Both the position numbers and the translations under genes were made by a program. The notes below the pieces were generated by a model. The model saw nothing but the letters and a program-made list of their open reading frames with translations, had not been told where the DNA came from and ran no database searches. A stretch of 64,000 bases of DNA from Lingula anatina (Eukaryota; Animalia; Brachiopoda), in the NCBI GenBank assembly GCA_051362555.1, contig CM120642.1, positions 30,752,001 to 30,816,000 of the forward strand. The letters are read 5' to 3'. Positions 50,342-62,710 of this stretch are shown one piece after another. Position 1 is the first letter of the stretch; each line of letters opens with the position of its first letter.

Positions 50342-53300
50342 TATTCATGTAATTGTGATATGATTGTTACTCTTTTAATCACTAGCAAATGATCTACAAA
50401 AGCAATATTATTTAGTTGTGAGGGTTCTGTAACTTGTTGCTCATACAAACAAAAAAGTTTACACTGCTAACAGGTACAGTACAAAACATAAGCTCTTTTC
50501 ACTTTATGTAATAACAAATTTGCTGTGGTTCTGAGGGTCAGAGATAGCAGTATTTAGATGTCTAATTACTATGCATATTTAATTCAAACAACACAGATAT
50601 CATACCATTATCAACCTTCTGTCTGTATGTGAATTCGGTGTGTTAATTAATTATAAAGATGTGACGAATGTCACCTTTTTAATTACCTGGGCCCAACGAA
50701 CTGAATATCTTGGCTTCGTCTTGATAAAAATTTGGATACACTGTGCATGAAAGCTCCCGCTTGGTCCGAGCAAGGAAAGTCCTACAATAATAACTTGGTC
50801 CGAAGAAGTAATTGACGTGTTCTTGCAGCTCCCCAAAGGACCCACAGCATGTGACGATGCGCTGGACATACGACTGAGTCGAGCTCACTCTCCATTTCCT
50901 CTGATGATGACACTGCCTCTCATTAGCCTCTCACTCTGCATGTAACTTTTAGCATCGGGAGGTGACCCCAATCATCTTAGTCGTATCTCTTGAGTATCGC
51001 ACAACCTTTCCGTCTTTGTAACGGTTTACAGAACAACAAAGTATGCGCTTTGCTGCTTGAAATTCGGAAAATCTGCAGTGCATTCATCGCACGTTTTCCA
51101 CCACTGCTACTTGAAACTGTCATGGCCGCCTACACGAATTTAGTTTCGAATGCATGTTTACCCCCGTATTTGAACTTAGCATATACTTAATATCCAGGAA
51201 TCAATAAATAAAAACTACAGAAGACTATTTCAGTTAATTAGTCCCTAACTAACGTTGAAATTAACTTAAACATTCTTGAATGCAAATCGAAACTGTGGGA
51301 AGCAAAAATGTTTTACGATAATGTAGTCAGAAAATAGAAGAATTTGCGTCGCTGTTGCAAAATTTGTAGGGAAAAGGCCACGCCAGTGTTTTGATTTATG
51401 GTAGGCCCCTTGTCCATATTTTAAGTAAATATCAGTGATATTATCTAAGGTGCTCTACTAGTGGAGATATAAGGCTATTGACAGGGTGGGTGTCTGCGGC
51501 AGTCATCAAGTGACCTCAAATAACCTCGGTAGTTTGTAACCATAGCAACGGATTTATGATATAAATCTCTGTCGTTATAAAGATTATATATCTATCTTTC
51601 AATTGTGGTATTGACCGAAGTAATGCATTGATCACTTGATGCACATTTGTGAAGCAAACTTCGGTGAAAAATACACCACTCACACAGCTGAAAAGTGAGA
51701 CGGGAGCCACGCGAGGCAGTGAAATATGCATGTGGCTGTATCTCGACAATAACGCAACGGAAAGCTTTAATATTTTACAGTTTAATTTAGGTCACAAAGG
51801 TGATTAACTGTGGGCAGAATGAGTGTATTCTGTGAGAACCCCACCTTGCCGCTTTTTGGCTGATTTGCCTGGTGGTTAGAAAAACTTGCACTTAATCATT
51901 ATATGAATAAGTCTGGGTCACAAAAGTCCTGTTAAGACAACTAGAATAAAGAATTAGAAAACGAAAACTATTTATCATGATTTCGGAGCACAGCCAGAAG
52001 TACTTCCGGCTCAAGGTCACGACCTCGATTTTCCCACGCTTACGACCAATCACAGCAGGCTTCAGTCAGAATGAGATAGACGTCACGACTACACAGCGAA
52101 ACTTGTCAGACACGTAAGTGCCGCCTGTCCATCTTTTCGGTACATGTACCGATCAAAAACAGAAAACGTAAAGCCCAAAACGCTCTTATACACGTAACCA
52201 ACTTTGTATGAGCACAAATATTGTCATTTATTGTGAACAGGATAATATGATAATCAGACACACTTGAGACCTGTGAAGCGCATACTCACGTGTCGAGGAG
52301 TAGTTTCGCCATTGCCTCGTATGTGAGTCCTAACTCAGCTTTAAATGTCCTCCACATCCCCACCTCCCTCCCAACATACACAGTCTGAGTGCTTCTTCGT
52401 CTGTCTCTAATTTTATTTCGTATCTTTCGAACTGGAGTGGCTATTTTCTTTCGCCCCCTTTTGTCTCGTCAGACTTGACGCGCGTCTGAGCCATGTTTGC
52501 TGTTTTGGCGCCAAATAGTAACATCCGGGTCTCAGCCGTAGTACTTCATTCATAGTAAAGCGCGAGACTTAGCGAGAAATTGCGCGTTCTGAAGCCGTAC
52601 TGTGAGGTGGTAGCTGAGTATTTAAGACGAGTCGTCTTTTATTATTTAATGGAACTTAAAAACGGTATTAGGTAGCTTCATTTTCTGAACGGTTTTGGAT
52701 AGGATATACCTTGGTCATTATGGGGAAATTGGTGAGTTTATCAGGAAAATTCATTTTCGTGCTATTTTAAGGGTCTAACGCGCTGAGACTGTCTTTAACT
52801 GATTTTTTATTTGTACACTAGGTTTTTGGAGCAATATGTTGTAATATGATTTGTGCAATGGTATTGATTCAAAGCAGGCATGAAGAAAGTGATATGGACA
52901 TTTGAGTCTATTTTCAGGTTTGTCCTCAGCTGCAAGATGAGGGGGCACCTGGTAGTCCCAATAATCCTCAGCCAAGTACTTCTACGGGTAAGTCCACAAG
53001 CCCTGGAAAGATGGGGGAGACAGCAAACAAAAACTCTAACAGTATGTTCAGCAGAAATGTGATATTACCTAGTTTTCCCCAACCCAGTACATCCAAAGGA
53101 GTTTCAAAAAGCCCAAGAAAAAGTAGAGACACAGCAGACCAGAGGTCAAGCAGGGCAGAACATAGTATTGGACATTCTACGGAACCAAGAGTAGAAAATG
53201 TAGTCATAATTGATGAGAGCGAGTCTCTTGATTTGAACAGCAGTCCTAGTGGCAAAGACACAGTGGGAGGTGTCCAGGCTGGTGGTGCCCCCTATAGTCC

Positions 53301-54946
53301 AAGAAAAACACCAAACCAGGCTAGGAAAGTGGACAGATGCCTTTTGAAAACTGCATCAGGTATTAAAATTGGTCTCTGACGTATATTTTAATTTTTTTTA
53401 ATATATGTATTACGTTTGTTTAATACATTTAGCAAAGCTTTGTCTGCCCATCTGAAAATTCTGAAATAAAATACATTTTCCTACATTTTACCTTTAAAGC
53501 ATAATGTAAAAGTACATGGCACTTTGATAAATTGAATAATTTCCAAATAAACTTAAAAAGGGGCACCACATAGACATCTTTTGTCATCTTTAATTTTGAA
53601 ATAGTCATTGAATGGCAAATAAATGTCTATTTGACGTTTCAGTTATCAACGGGCACCATCACTTAGAAATCTCCACAATACAAGAAGTCTTACATCACAG
53701 CGTTCCCCACACGTTCCGAGTTCTTGCCCAGGTCCTGGACTACCAACCCAAGCAGCCTCCATACATACGACTGACGTGCCCTATGTGCCATTACTTGTAA
53801 GTATGTGGAGTCTGGAAAAACTGGGTCATCTCTCTCTATCTCTCTCTCTCCTACACACACACACTAAAAAAATAAAAAAGATTTATGAAATTGGTTTTAT
53901 TTGAGCACAGATAGATCGGCAACACCAGTAGTCCAATGAAATGTAATATTGTGCCTGTTTTTGTTTTCAAAGTTAGGACCCACTTTCTGTCTAAAGTTTT
54001 CTTGTGAAGCACACCTCTTGACCCGTGTCATTTTTAATAGAAATGAAGTCAGTTTCAAGCTGTATAAAAATACCATTCATTAGTGAATTTGAAGCTGTAT
54101 ATAAAGATGCCAGTGTAAAGGAGCACTTCTGGGCACTGTCAAGTGGTTTCTACTTTCACTTTCACTTTTTCTGTGTAAACTACTTGCACTTATTTCCACC
54201 AGGGCAGTTCCAGACTCCAAATGGCTTACGGAGCACGTTCCCAGCAGAGTACAGGATAAAGTTCCTTACTATTCCTGTCCTCAGTGTGACCAAAGGTCAA
54301 TCTCAGCAGCAACCAGTTCCGAGTGGTCAGTAACCAGGGTGACCAGTGCCGGGACTGAAGTGACCAGCACAGATGGTCAGGTAGTGGTCAATGGGCAGGA
54401 GCTTGAATATGTGTACATGATGGAGTTTTTACTGGAGGATGGGACTGGCTGGCTGGTGGCCAGAATCTGGAAGCAGCATGCAGTAAGGGTTCATTGAGTG
54501 AAAAATGTGTTATATGACCATTGGTGATATATGCTTTATTTGGTTTAAAGAGCATTTATTTTTTTTGGGAGGGGAGGGGGGGGGGGGTTTGAAATGCAAT
54601 TACTTTTTTTCCTGGTATGTATGTCAAATGAAACAAATAAATATTTAAGCAATATATCTGTTCAGCCATTTTATAGTACATAATTCTATCAATGAAATGG
54701 ATAAAAAGTATTCTATTTCCTGTTATTCGTTAGGTCACTTTCCTGAATGACATTTCTCCTGAAACACTCATCTGGCAGGAGGATGGAGTGAGGTTTGTGG
54801 AAGGACAGTTAAAGGAATTGTCCCCAAGGCCAGGAAGAAGTGAGCAAAAACCATGGCTGGAATGTTGTCTGCTGTCATACAATGGTCTAAACGGAGAACG
54901 GCTTTATCACATATTTGATACTACTTTGGCATTGGACTGTTTGTAA
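43442..54946 (+). CDS. POT1: POT1 copy 2: 5'-truncated 3-OB form, reading frame and splice sites intact (~763 aa if initiated at ATG 43442); expression unknown
   Basis: Chimeric first exon 43442-43729, then exons starting at 44200, 44778, 45353, 45874, 46263, 47001, 47551, 52918, 53643, 54203, 54734. I found no stop or frameshift before TAA 54944-54946. Confidence 0.55.
43892..44065. mobile_element. 174-bp MITE in the POT1 copy 2 intron, absent from copy 1
   Basis: TIR TCTGGGGTAGCGCTAGCA / TGCTAGCGCTACCCCAGA. The empty site CATGCACACTTATAAG is at ~32351. TSD is CAC, or ACACT if the TIR starts one base inward. Confidence 0.92.
48043..52794. mobile_element. 4.75-kb composite insertion; outer element Kolobok-like and non-autonomous
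   Basis: Absent from copy 1 (empty site GCTGTTGTTAACCG at ~36463). TTAA duplicated at 48039-42 and 52795-98; termini AG...CT; imperfect TIR AGGACAACTCAGTGGGTTAGA vs AGACAGTCTCAGCGCGTTAGA. Confidence 0.85.
48128..51891. mobile_element. Inner TTAA-flanked TIR element nested in the Kolobok-like element
   Basis: TTAA at 48124-27 and 51892-95; ~55-65 bp imperfect inverted repeats sharing GCGGCAAGGTG..GGTT..CACAGAAT; an internal inverted pair CCACTAGTAGAG (~48527) / CTCTACTAGTGG (~51453). Confidence 0.6.
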
Positions 54947-55060
54947 TTTTTTAGCATTATTTGTGTAGCCTGAGATGGAAGACGGGACTCTGACTGGCGC
55001 ATTGTCAGCTATGAGCTGTTCAGAATCACCTTGGTTTTTATATCTTCAGTATCATTTACT

Positions 55061-55126
55061 TCACAGGTGTCCTGGTACACCTGTGAAAAAAATTATACGG
55101 AATGTATGAGTAAGACCACAGCCAGA
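55061..55126 (+). other. 66-bp templated fold-back insertion in the POT1 copy 2 3' region
   Basis: Absent from copy 1 (~39095). 55069-55130 is identical to 56999-57060, and 55061-55070 is the reverse complement of ACACCTGTGA inside the same segment. Confidence 0.9.
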
Positions 55127-55482
55127 TGTTGAACATATATCTAGTTTTATTACAGTAATCCCCTCTCTGTGCAGCTTATATTAACAAATGTGTTTGATGT
55201 TTAGAATACAGCAGATTAACTCCAACATGCAGGTTTATGAGCTGATCAGAATGTTATTAATATAAGTTGTTTATAAAAGACTGAAGACAGCATCACATTT
55301 TATATTCACATGTAACAAAATGCATGCCAAAGTTACGAGAAGTTTACAGATAGAAAGACCACATTTATACAACAATAGGCAAAAAGTATTGTTTATTTTT
55401 ATGAGTTAACCCATGTGTTAAGTTATAAATAAAAATGAACCGTAAATAAAAAAGATTTTTACATTTTTTGGTACATAACCCA

Positions 55483-56765
55483 TCATGTTGCCTCACTTTT
55501 TTTCTTAAATCTATCAAGAACACTTTTTGGTCCAAAGTAACGTTTATCATTTTTAAGTTTTTCTCTCTTATCTTCTTGCCGAAGCTGTACAATTTCTCTG
55601 ATTGTCTCTTTCTTCTCCTGTTCCATGACACCCTTCTTCCTCTGTATGTGCTTCTTTCCTTTACTTTTGCCTTTCATTTTGTATTTTGGTTCAAAGTCTA
55701 TTTTCTGGGGCTTCAGGAACTATTGGAAATATAACAAATATAGTAAGCTTTACAACTGCATTGCGAATAACAATGATGAACTGAAATTTTTCAAATGTCA
55801 CTTTTTTTTTTACAAAAAAGTTCAGCATAAAAAAGAGCAAGGGCAATATAAAATGTACATAATTTCACTGTAAGAAATAACTGGGGGTAAAGTACAAAAA
55901 GTTTAATTCTTTAACCATCCACAGACACTTTACTCATCCTGCATGGTCTCATTACCTTGATGGTTAGACCTTAAATACACATGTAAACACTTACAAGAAG
56001 TTTGTTCCTCTCTTCAATTTTTTCCTGGAGAGTTTTAGTGTCAATTTTCCCCAGAGCACCCGTATCCAAACTGATCATATCTGGTTGTATCTGAAATGAA
56101 AACCCAACTTGTTTGTAGTTTAGCAAAAATAATACATGTTACTAAATCAATACAATAAATGTTGTTTGTCTGAATGACTTTGCCACAAAAACAACAATTT
56201 ACTACACACATTGTTGTTTTCCAGAGCACTGTCTTGAACAAATTCCTGGCTAAATCTCAGAGCAAGAATGTGAAAAAATTAATAACTCAAGAGCTCTCAA
56301 CAATTGATTTTTGGAGCAGGAATAACTCAGGGTTTACGAAAACTCCATCCCACCCAGCACTGATAACAACACCACTAACCCTGTAACTATCTCTATACAC
56401 TATACGAAAGTTCCCACAAATATAGAAAAAATTAGTAATAAAATTGGAAAGCTAAGAAGGATAAACAGGAAAACCAGCACAAAAAAAAAAAAAAAAAAAC
56501 ATCTCTGTCCCCGTCATACCTTTTCCAGCAACATTTTAACTTCAGCCTGCCTTCTCTGTTGTTTTGTTTGGTATGGGTTGGTCTCCAGAGCATCATAATT
56601 GGCCTCTCCAGCACCTGGGGGTAAGATATAATAATAAACATTTGGTTCATCAACTTTTCTTGATACATGCTTGGTAACTATTGCTTTGTTGACAATCCCT
56701 TATAAATACAGCAACAGTAGATTCAATTGAATTACTTTAAATTAGAAAAACTCTTCCCTCCCTCC

Positions 56766-56816
<51 letters not shown>

Positions 56817-59623
56817 ATTAAGTCTAGCATTGCCACTAATTTCTACTAATCCACCACTTTACCTGGCACAAGTAAACTAGAGAAGCCGTTCCCATGTCCC
56901 ACTCCAAGGACATCTTCATACGGACAGAACTGCAGGTTGGCCACAGGACTCCTCAGTCTGTGAGACAGGTATGGCTTTGTCATGGTGTGTCTACAACAGT
57001 CCTGGTACACCTGTGAAAAAAATTATACGGAATGTATGAGTAAGACCACAGCCAGATGTTAAAATGTACCTAGGCAAACCATCAACTTCTAGGGTAAATG
57101 GGGAGGAGGGGATGTTCTAACAGGATGGAAGAAACATCAATGCTTCACCTAACCGTATGCCATTCCTCTAAAATATTCATCAGAGTTAATGTGTCAATGT
57201 TAGTTTCAAATTACAAGCTTAAGGTTTGCACCTAATAGAACCCTCTACAAAAATGGCCTAGATTTGCAAAACTGCAGAAGAAAATAAAATGAACGAGCTG
57301 TAGACGTGTGCCGCATAAAAAAGTAGGAAAAACCTGATACCTCTACAACATTCCCTATGCCAGCTGCGAGGACATCTTTCTGACTGAAGGCAAGATGGCC
57401 GGCCCCAGCAGATATCCTGTAGTTTTGGAGAGGTTTGAACATCCTCATGTCCCAGATCTTCAGATATCTGTCCACACCAGATGTGGCCATGTAGCTACAG
57501 GATTACACATATTAATAATTTTTCATATATTCGTAAGTTTCAAGGTTTATTAAGACCATCAGATATTTAATTGGAGTAATTTTCATACTTACACTGTTTT
57601 GTCCATCACTGAATTTATATTGGCTGTAAATGCGCCACACTGGCCTTATAAGAATTATCAACAAGGCAAGTCCAGCACTAGTTGAGACAAGGTAATTTTT
57701 TTTCATTAAAAACAGCAAATTAAAGTTTGCTTTTTTGTTTCTAAATATAACTTGGAAAATACTGTATACTTTATATTTTATAGCTATCAACAGGACTAGT
57801 TGGCCTCCTTTACAAGATTGTATTCACATCCATAATAGGGTGGTTGTGTAGAAAAAGGTACAAAATTACATAAACACAACTTACATTCCTTTGTTATTGA
57901 CAGCCACAGATCTCACTCCCCCACCATGACACAACATCTTCACCAGAGGTTCCTTCACATTGGGGGACCACAGGGAAACTGTGCCTGAAATTATTTCCGA
58001 TTTTTAAAACCAAAACTCTTTTCCCATTTGAACACTCCATGGTATGGTGTTTCAAATGCTGCAGTGTTTTAATCTTTCCAAAATAATCTATGCACTTGAA
58101 ATGGAGATATGAAATCTGGAATAAGTGCTTACAAACCAACAGTTACTTTAAATTTTGGTAAACAACCTCTGCTTACTTAACCATGCACAAAGATCTAAGA
58201 TTACATACAGGTATTATTTAAACATTCACATAAAAAGCTATGATATATGCTAATGGGTTGAGAATCCCAAAGTTGACTGCATTACCTCCAGCGTGGCCCA
58301 GATGTATGATTGCATTGTGGGGATTCTGGCACATGACGTCAAGGCGACCAAGGTGCACGGGTTTGGAATCCAGCTACTTTCTGGCCAATAGACACATCCA
58401 GGTAGGAAAGATAGCCCTTGGCATTCTAAAACAAACAAACAAACATTTTAAAAAACCTAAACTTGAATAGAGATCTTTTATAACAATGCTTTCTCAGTGC
58501 GTGTGTTCAAATATTTCAAACACTTTATCTCAGCACTAATGTTCTTAAAATATCTGATACTTCCCCCAAAGACTATACATAAACTCAAATATATTTATCA
58601 ATTTGTTTAGAATAGGGCTTTAAAATCAACAGGTTTGTTATGATCATAACCTTGCTACTGCTTGGCAGTAATTATTTGCTCCTGCTAATTTCAAGAGACT
58701 GTACCCCGCTCCTCAAAGAAAGTATAGGCTTAGGGCATATCATAAATATTTATGTAAAAAACAATCATAAAATACATGAAATGTTCTTCACACTTTATTG
58801 AGATATTCTTGAAAGTCCCACTACTTACAGCTGACGCCAGAAGGAAATGGTAAGGAAGAAACTCCATTCTGAGTACACAGTCCAGAGCCTTCAAACAGTG
58901 CAGCTCTATCCCCTGGTTATCATAGATATATGTCCACTGTTTCTGAGCTACTGCAAACATGGTCTCAATGTGCAACCACCTGAAATGTGAACATATTAAA
59001 CTCTCTGTGCTGTTTATAATACCATGACACAATTCTAAGTTGAAAGCGGTTTCTCAATCACCCATCACTGGAATGAAAAAAAGGGACATCACTGGGACGA
59101 AAAAAAAAGGGAAGTTTGGCATAGACAAATGATGTTTTATGGCAACGGTTTTCTTTTTTCTTTCTTAATCAATAAACAAATCTATGAAGATATTTTTTCT
59201 CAAAGAGTTTTTAATATTCCTATTGAACACTTTTTTATTCAACTGATTTTCATAAATAGGGCACCTGTTATGTTTACATTTGACAAACTCTTACCAATAT
59301 TTTTCAATAGACTGTTAAACTGATGACTACTGGCACAAAATGTAAAATGTTCCAAAACAATATATAACACCATGAGAGTAAAAAAAAAAATTGGTTATAA
59401 AAGATTGGAAAAATTTATCCATTGAATAAGACGCATAAACTCAACCAAATCTCATGATATTGTGATGATGCAGAACCTCTTACTTGACATCTTGGGCTGT
59501 CTCCATGACATTCATCTCACACATAAGTTTCTTGGTCTGCCAGTCCATGGCAGCTACGTGACCCTTCCTGCCAGCTATCAGCAGAAACCTGCCGTTTCTG
59601 GTGTAGTTCATTCTGTACGGACC
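55483..59623 (-). pseudogene. WDR46: Second WDR46 3' half, same truncation and frameshift
   Basis: Colinear with 39461-43600, with the same CAAGGTGCACGGG frameshift site near 58350-58360. Confidence 0.92.
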
Positions 59624-61996
59624 AGATCAAATAGAAATAATACTGATAAAAACCCAGGAAATCGCCCTGTTGATTGTCAAGGAAGAGCAGAAGCAACTGT
59701 CAGCAAACAAAACACAACTGTCTCCCCAGAAAGACCTGTTAAAAAGCTGAAGGTCAGCGCATCAGTTCTTGGAGTAAACAAATCTGTTGAAATTATATAA
59801 GATGTTTGAAAAGAAATGTATGATTAAACAATTGTTTTGAGACACAAAATTATAGTTGAATCTTGAACTTGAGTGACAATACACTGCACTTTGCATGCAG
59901 CCAAACATGCACACTCTGGGGTAGCGCTAGCACTCGCCAATTTAGCCAAATGCTAAAACTGACTTAATTGGCTAAAGAAAAAGGGCTTGATTTGACATGT
60001 TTAAGCCAAATTATAACCATTTTGGTAACAAATTGACAAAAATGTGGTGATTTGGCTAAGCGAAAAAAATTGCTAGCGCTACCCCAGACACTTATAAGAA
60101 ACTTCTATGCACCAGAGTTCAGATAAAGATAATTCATTTAGAAGAATGTTGATATTTATTTTTGTGGAACTCTGTAATTTGAGGTTAAATTTAACATGTA
60201 TTCTTGTGTCCTGTGGTTCCAGGTTGGTGAAACGAACAGGAAGTACACGTACGTCCCTCTGAGTAAACTGACCAGAGGAGCCACAGTGGATGTTTACGCC
60301 GTGGTCAAGTTTTTCAAACCACCCACTAAGACACGAGGTTCAGGTAAAGTTTATAATACAGTTAATCCCAAATTGAAGATATGCCGTTCTAAAAAAATGG
60401 AACATTGATTCACTGGAAGATCCATACAATGAAGTGGCAAACAAGACACGTTTATCTCTCCACTTTTAGGGGATCTAATGCTCCTGGAACTTAGGTGTCA
60501 TCTTTGTTTTTGTGCCTTGTTTCTGTGGCTAGATTTTTCTTACAGGAATGCAGTTTGTGCTAAGATAATGCATAAATTATTTACTTGAAAGATTGTAGGT
60601 TCCTTTTGGTTAGTGTAATTTAAAGATTTTTTGGAATCAGCAATTTAAAACATACCTTTGTCTAGTTGCAGGGAAGATACTTAATTTATGGTAATAGCAA
60701 AAACACTGTCCTCAGTCTTTTATTAATCAACAGACATACATGTAGTGTGTGAAGTGGGTTTCACAGTTTTGGACAAACAGACTTATCTTATGCTATTCAG
60801 ACTACTACATGGTACTTTCCTTGGTGGATCCATCTCTAGCAGACAAGGAGAAAATCAAATGCATTTTGTTTGCAAAGAGCGCTACAGATTTACCGCCTGT
60901 CCAGACTGAGGGAGAAATAGTCAGGATGCATAGACTGAAGGTAGTGAGACTGTTGTGTATATTATGACAATACTCCTTTATCTCATTAAAACATCATCCA
61001 GTATTGATTTAATTTTTTTTTTCTTGGTGGATTAATGTCTGTTATAGATATTCATGCTTTGTGCAGGTTGTTGGAAACATTTGTCAGCATGTTTTTATGA
61101 AGACATTTAAAACATTTTGATATTTCATGGTTTCTCAACTCAGTTTGGGTAGCTTTTGACAAATGATTTCTGTATTTAGATAAAAAAATCAAAAAATGAA
61201 AATGAAAATCAATTGAAAATACAAAATTCTTAATGTATGCTTTAGCCAGACCCAATAATTTTTAACATGTATGAAAAGAAAACATTCAGAGTGTGCAAGC
61301 TCAAAATATGATTGCTTGCTCTATACTTTATATGCCCAGTAAACATTTGTGTCCGTTGCAGATTGGGACTTTTAATGGGGAATTACAAGGACAGAACGGG
61401 CCAGGCTTCTCCTGTATTGTTTTCTCTGCTGACCTGGAGGATCCCATTGAACCTAAGTCCACCACCAGGGGGTACACTCTGACTGACCAAGACAGGCTGA
61501 AGGTATGTGTGTAATTATGAGCAGCCTTAAGGTGATTAAATGTGATTTTGGTATTGTAATGTTATCTTTTGTTATGTTATGTGTTATATTCACCTAGTCT
61601 CCTTTTTGTATCTCCGTTGAATTTAATGCACTGTGTAAACATGCACACATGCACAATCTTGTTACCCTTTTTGTACACACTATGTACATAATTAAATAGA
61701 ATAAATGTCCTGTGTGCTTAACAGTTACTTTGAGGAATTTGTTCTTAAAATATTAGTATTTAATTGCAGCACTTGCAATGTGAGTCCACAACTAGGAGTA
61801 AGATAACTGATTGTAGATTAATATTGTAAATGGAGATGATAAAATAAATATTTATTATCACTTGCATAATTGCGTACTTCAGGTGGAGGAGCTTAGAGAA
61901 TGGTCTTTACAAGGGGAATGTTTCAGTCAAGAAAGGGATAACAGGTGCACTCTGGGAGAATGTGTGGTCGGCCAGTACTTTGATTTGTTGTGCCAG
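59465..61996 (+). pseudogene. POT1: POT1 copy 3 fragment (chimeric exon plus four exons), homology ends at 62231
   Basis: Almost identical to 43442-45987. Sequence after ...GATAAAGTG (62231) switches to a tandem repeat; whether the gene resumes beyond the window is unknown. Confidence 0.7.
59915..60088. mobile_element. Duplicate of the 174-bp MITE
   Basis: Same sequence and flanks as 43892-44065, so it was copied with the segment. Confidence 0.92.
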
Positions 61997-62004
61997 GTAA
62001 TCAG

Positions 62005-62046
<42 letters not shown>

Positions 62047-62230
62047 CATTGTACATGGGAGGAAAATGGTCTCAATCTGTCATAAAGGCCTCTTACCAAT
62101 CCTCGACTTAAGTCATCATCACATTATTAAAATTTTCACTAGTTTCTCAAGTTGTTGGTGGGTTATGAGAAGTTTTCTGTCAGTTTTTAACTATCGTCAT
62201 GTGACGGAGCAATCACGTTGTAGATAAAGT

Positions 62231-62710
62231 GAGGTATCAATGTTGAATCAACGTTGATGGTCAACATTGAAACTATGTTGATATGACGTTGACTATGAAA
62301 GTTGACTCAACGTTGAACCATCAAGGTTGAATCAACCTTGAGGTATCAATGTTGAATCAACGTTGATGGTCAATGTTGAAACTATGTTGATATGACGTTG
62401 ACTATGAAAGTTGACTCAACGTTGAACCATCAAGGTTGAATCAACCTTGAGGTATCAATGTTGAATCAACGTTGATGGTCAATGTTGAAACTATGTTGAT
62501 ATGACGTTGACTATGAAAGTTGACTCAACGTTGAACCATCAAGGTTGAATCAACCTTGAGGTATCAATGTTGAATCAATGTTGACGGTCAACGTTGAAAC
62601 TATGTTGATATGACGTTGACTATGAAAGTTGAATCAACGTTGAACCATCAAGGTTGAATCAACCTTGAGGTATCAATGTTGAATCAACATTGATACTTCA
62701 ATGTTGAATC
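62231..62710. repeat. 109-bp tandem repeat (~4.3 units) built from ~11-bp palindromic TCAACGTTGA-like subunits
   Basis: GAGGTATCAATGTTGAATCAAC starts at 62231, 62340, 62449, 62558 and 62667; related subunits reappear at ~63925-64000. Confidence 0.95.

Larger units (their letters stand above)
32068..62231 (+). repeat. Tandem segmental duplication of POT1 3' part + WDR46 3' part: unit 1 32068-43599, unit 2 43600-59622, unit 3 59623-62231 (truncated)
   Basis: The same junction TGTACGGAC|CAGATCAAATAGAAAT occurs at 43600 and 59623, joining a WDR46 exon (minus strand) to POT1 exon 5 (original position 32068). Exons and introns are repeated colinearly. Confidence 0.97.

Noticed and set aside
50651-50888. 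Short ORFs as a captured host gene or transposase
   Set aside because: No frame gives a motif I can name with confidence, and adjacent sequence has stops
48043-52794. piggyBac assignment from the TTAA duplication
   Set aside because: Termini are AG..CT rather than CC..GG, and no transposase ORF is present
30024-62231. Telomeric (TTAGGG)n tracts near POT1
   Set aside because: Only isolated single hexamers seen, no arrays
62231-62710. CRISPR-like array
   Set aside because: Units are contiguous and near-identical with no unique spacers; the context is eukaryotic and there are no cas genes
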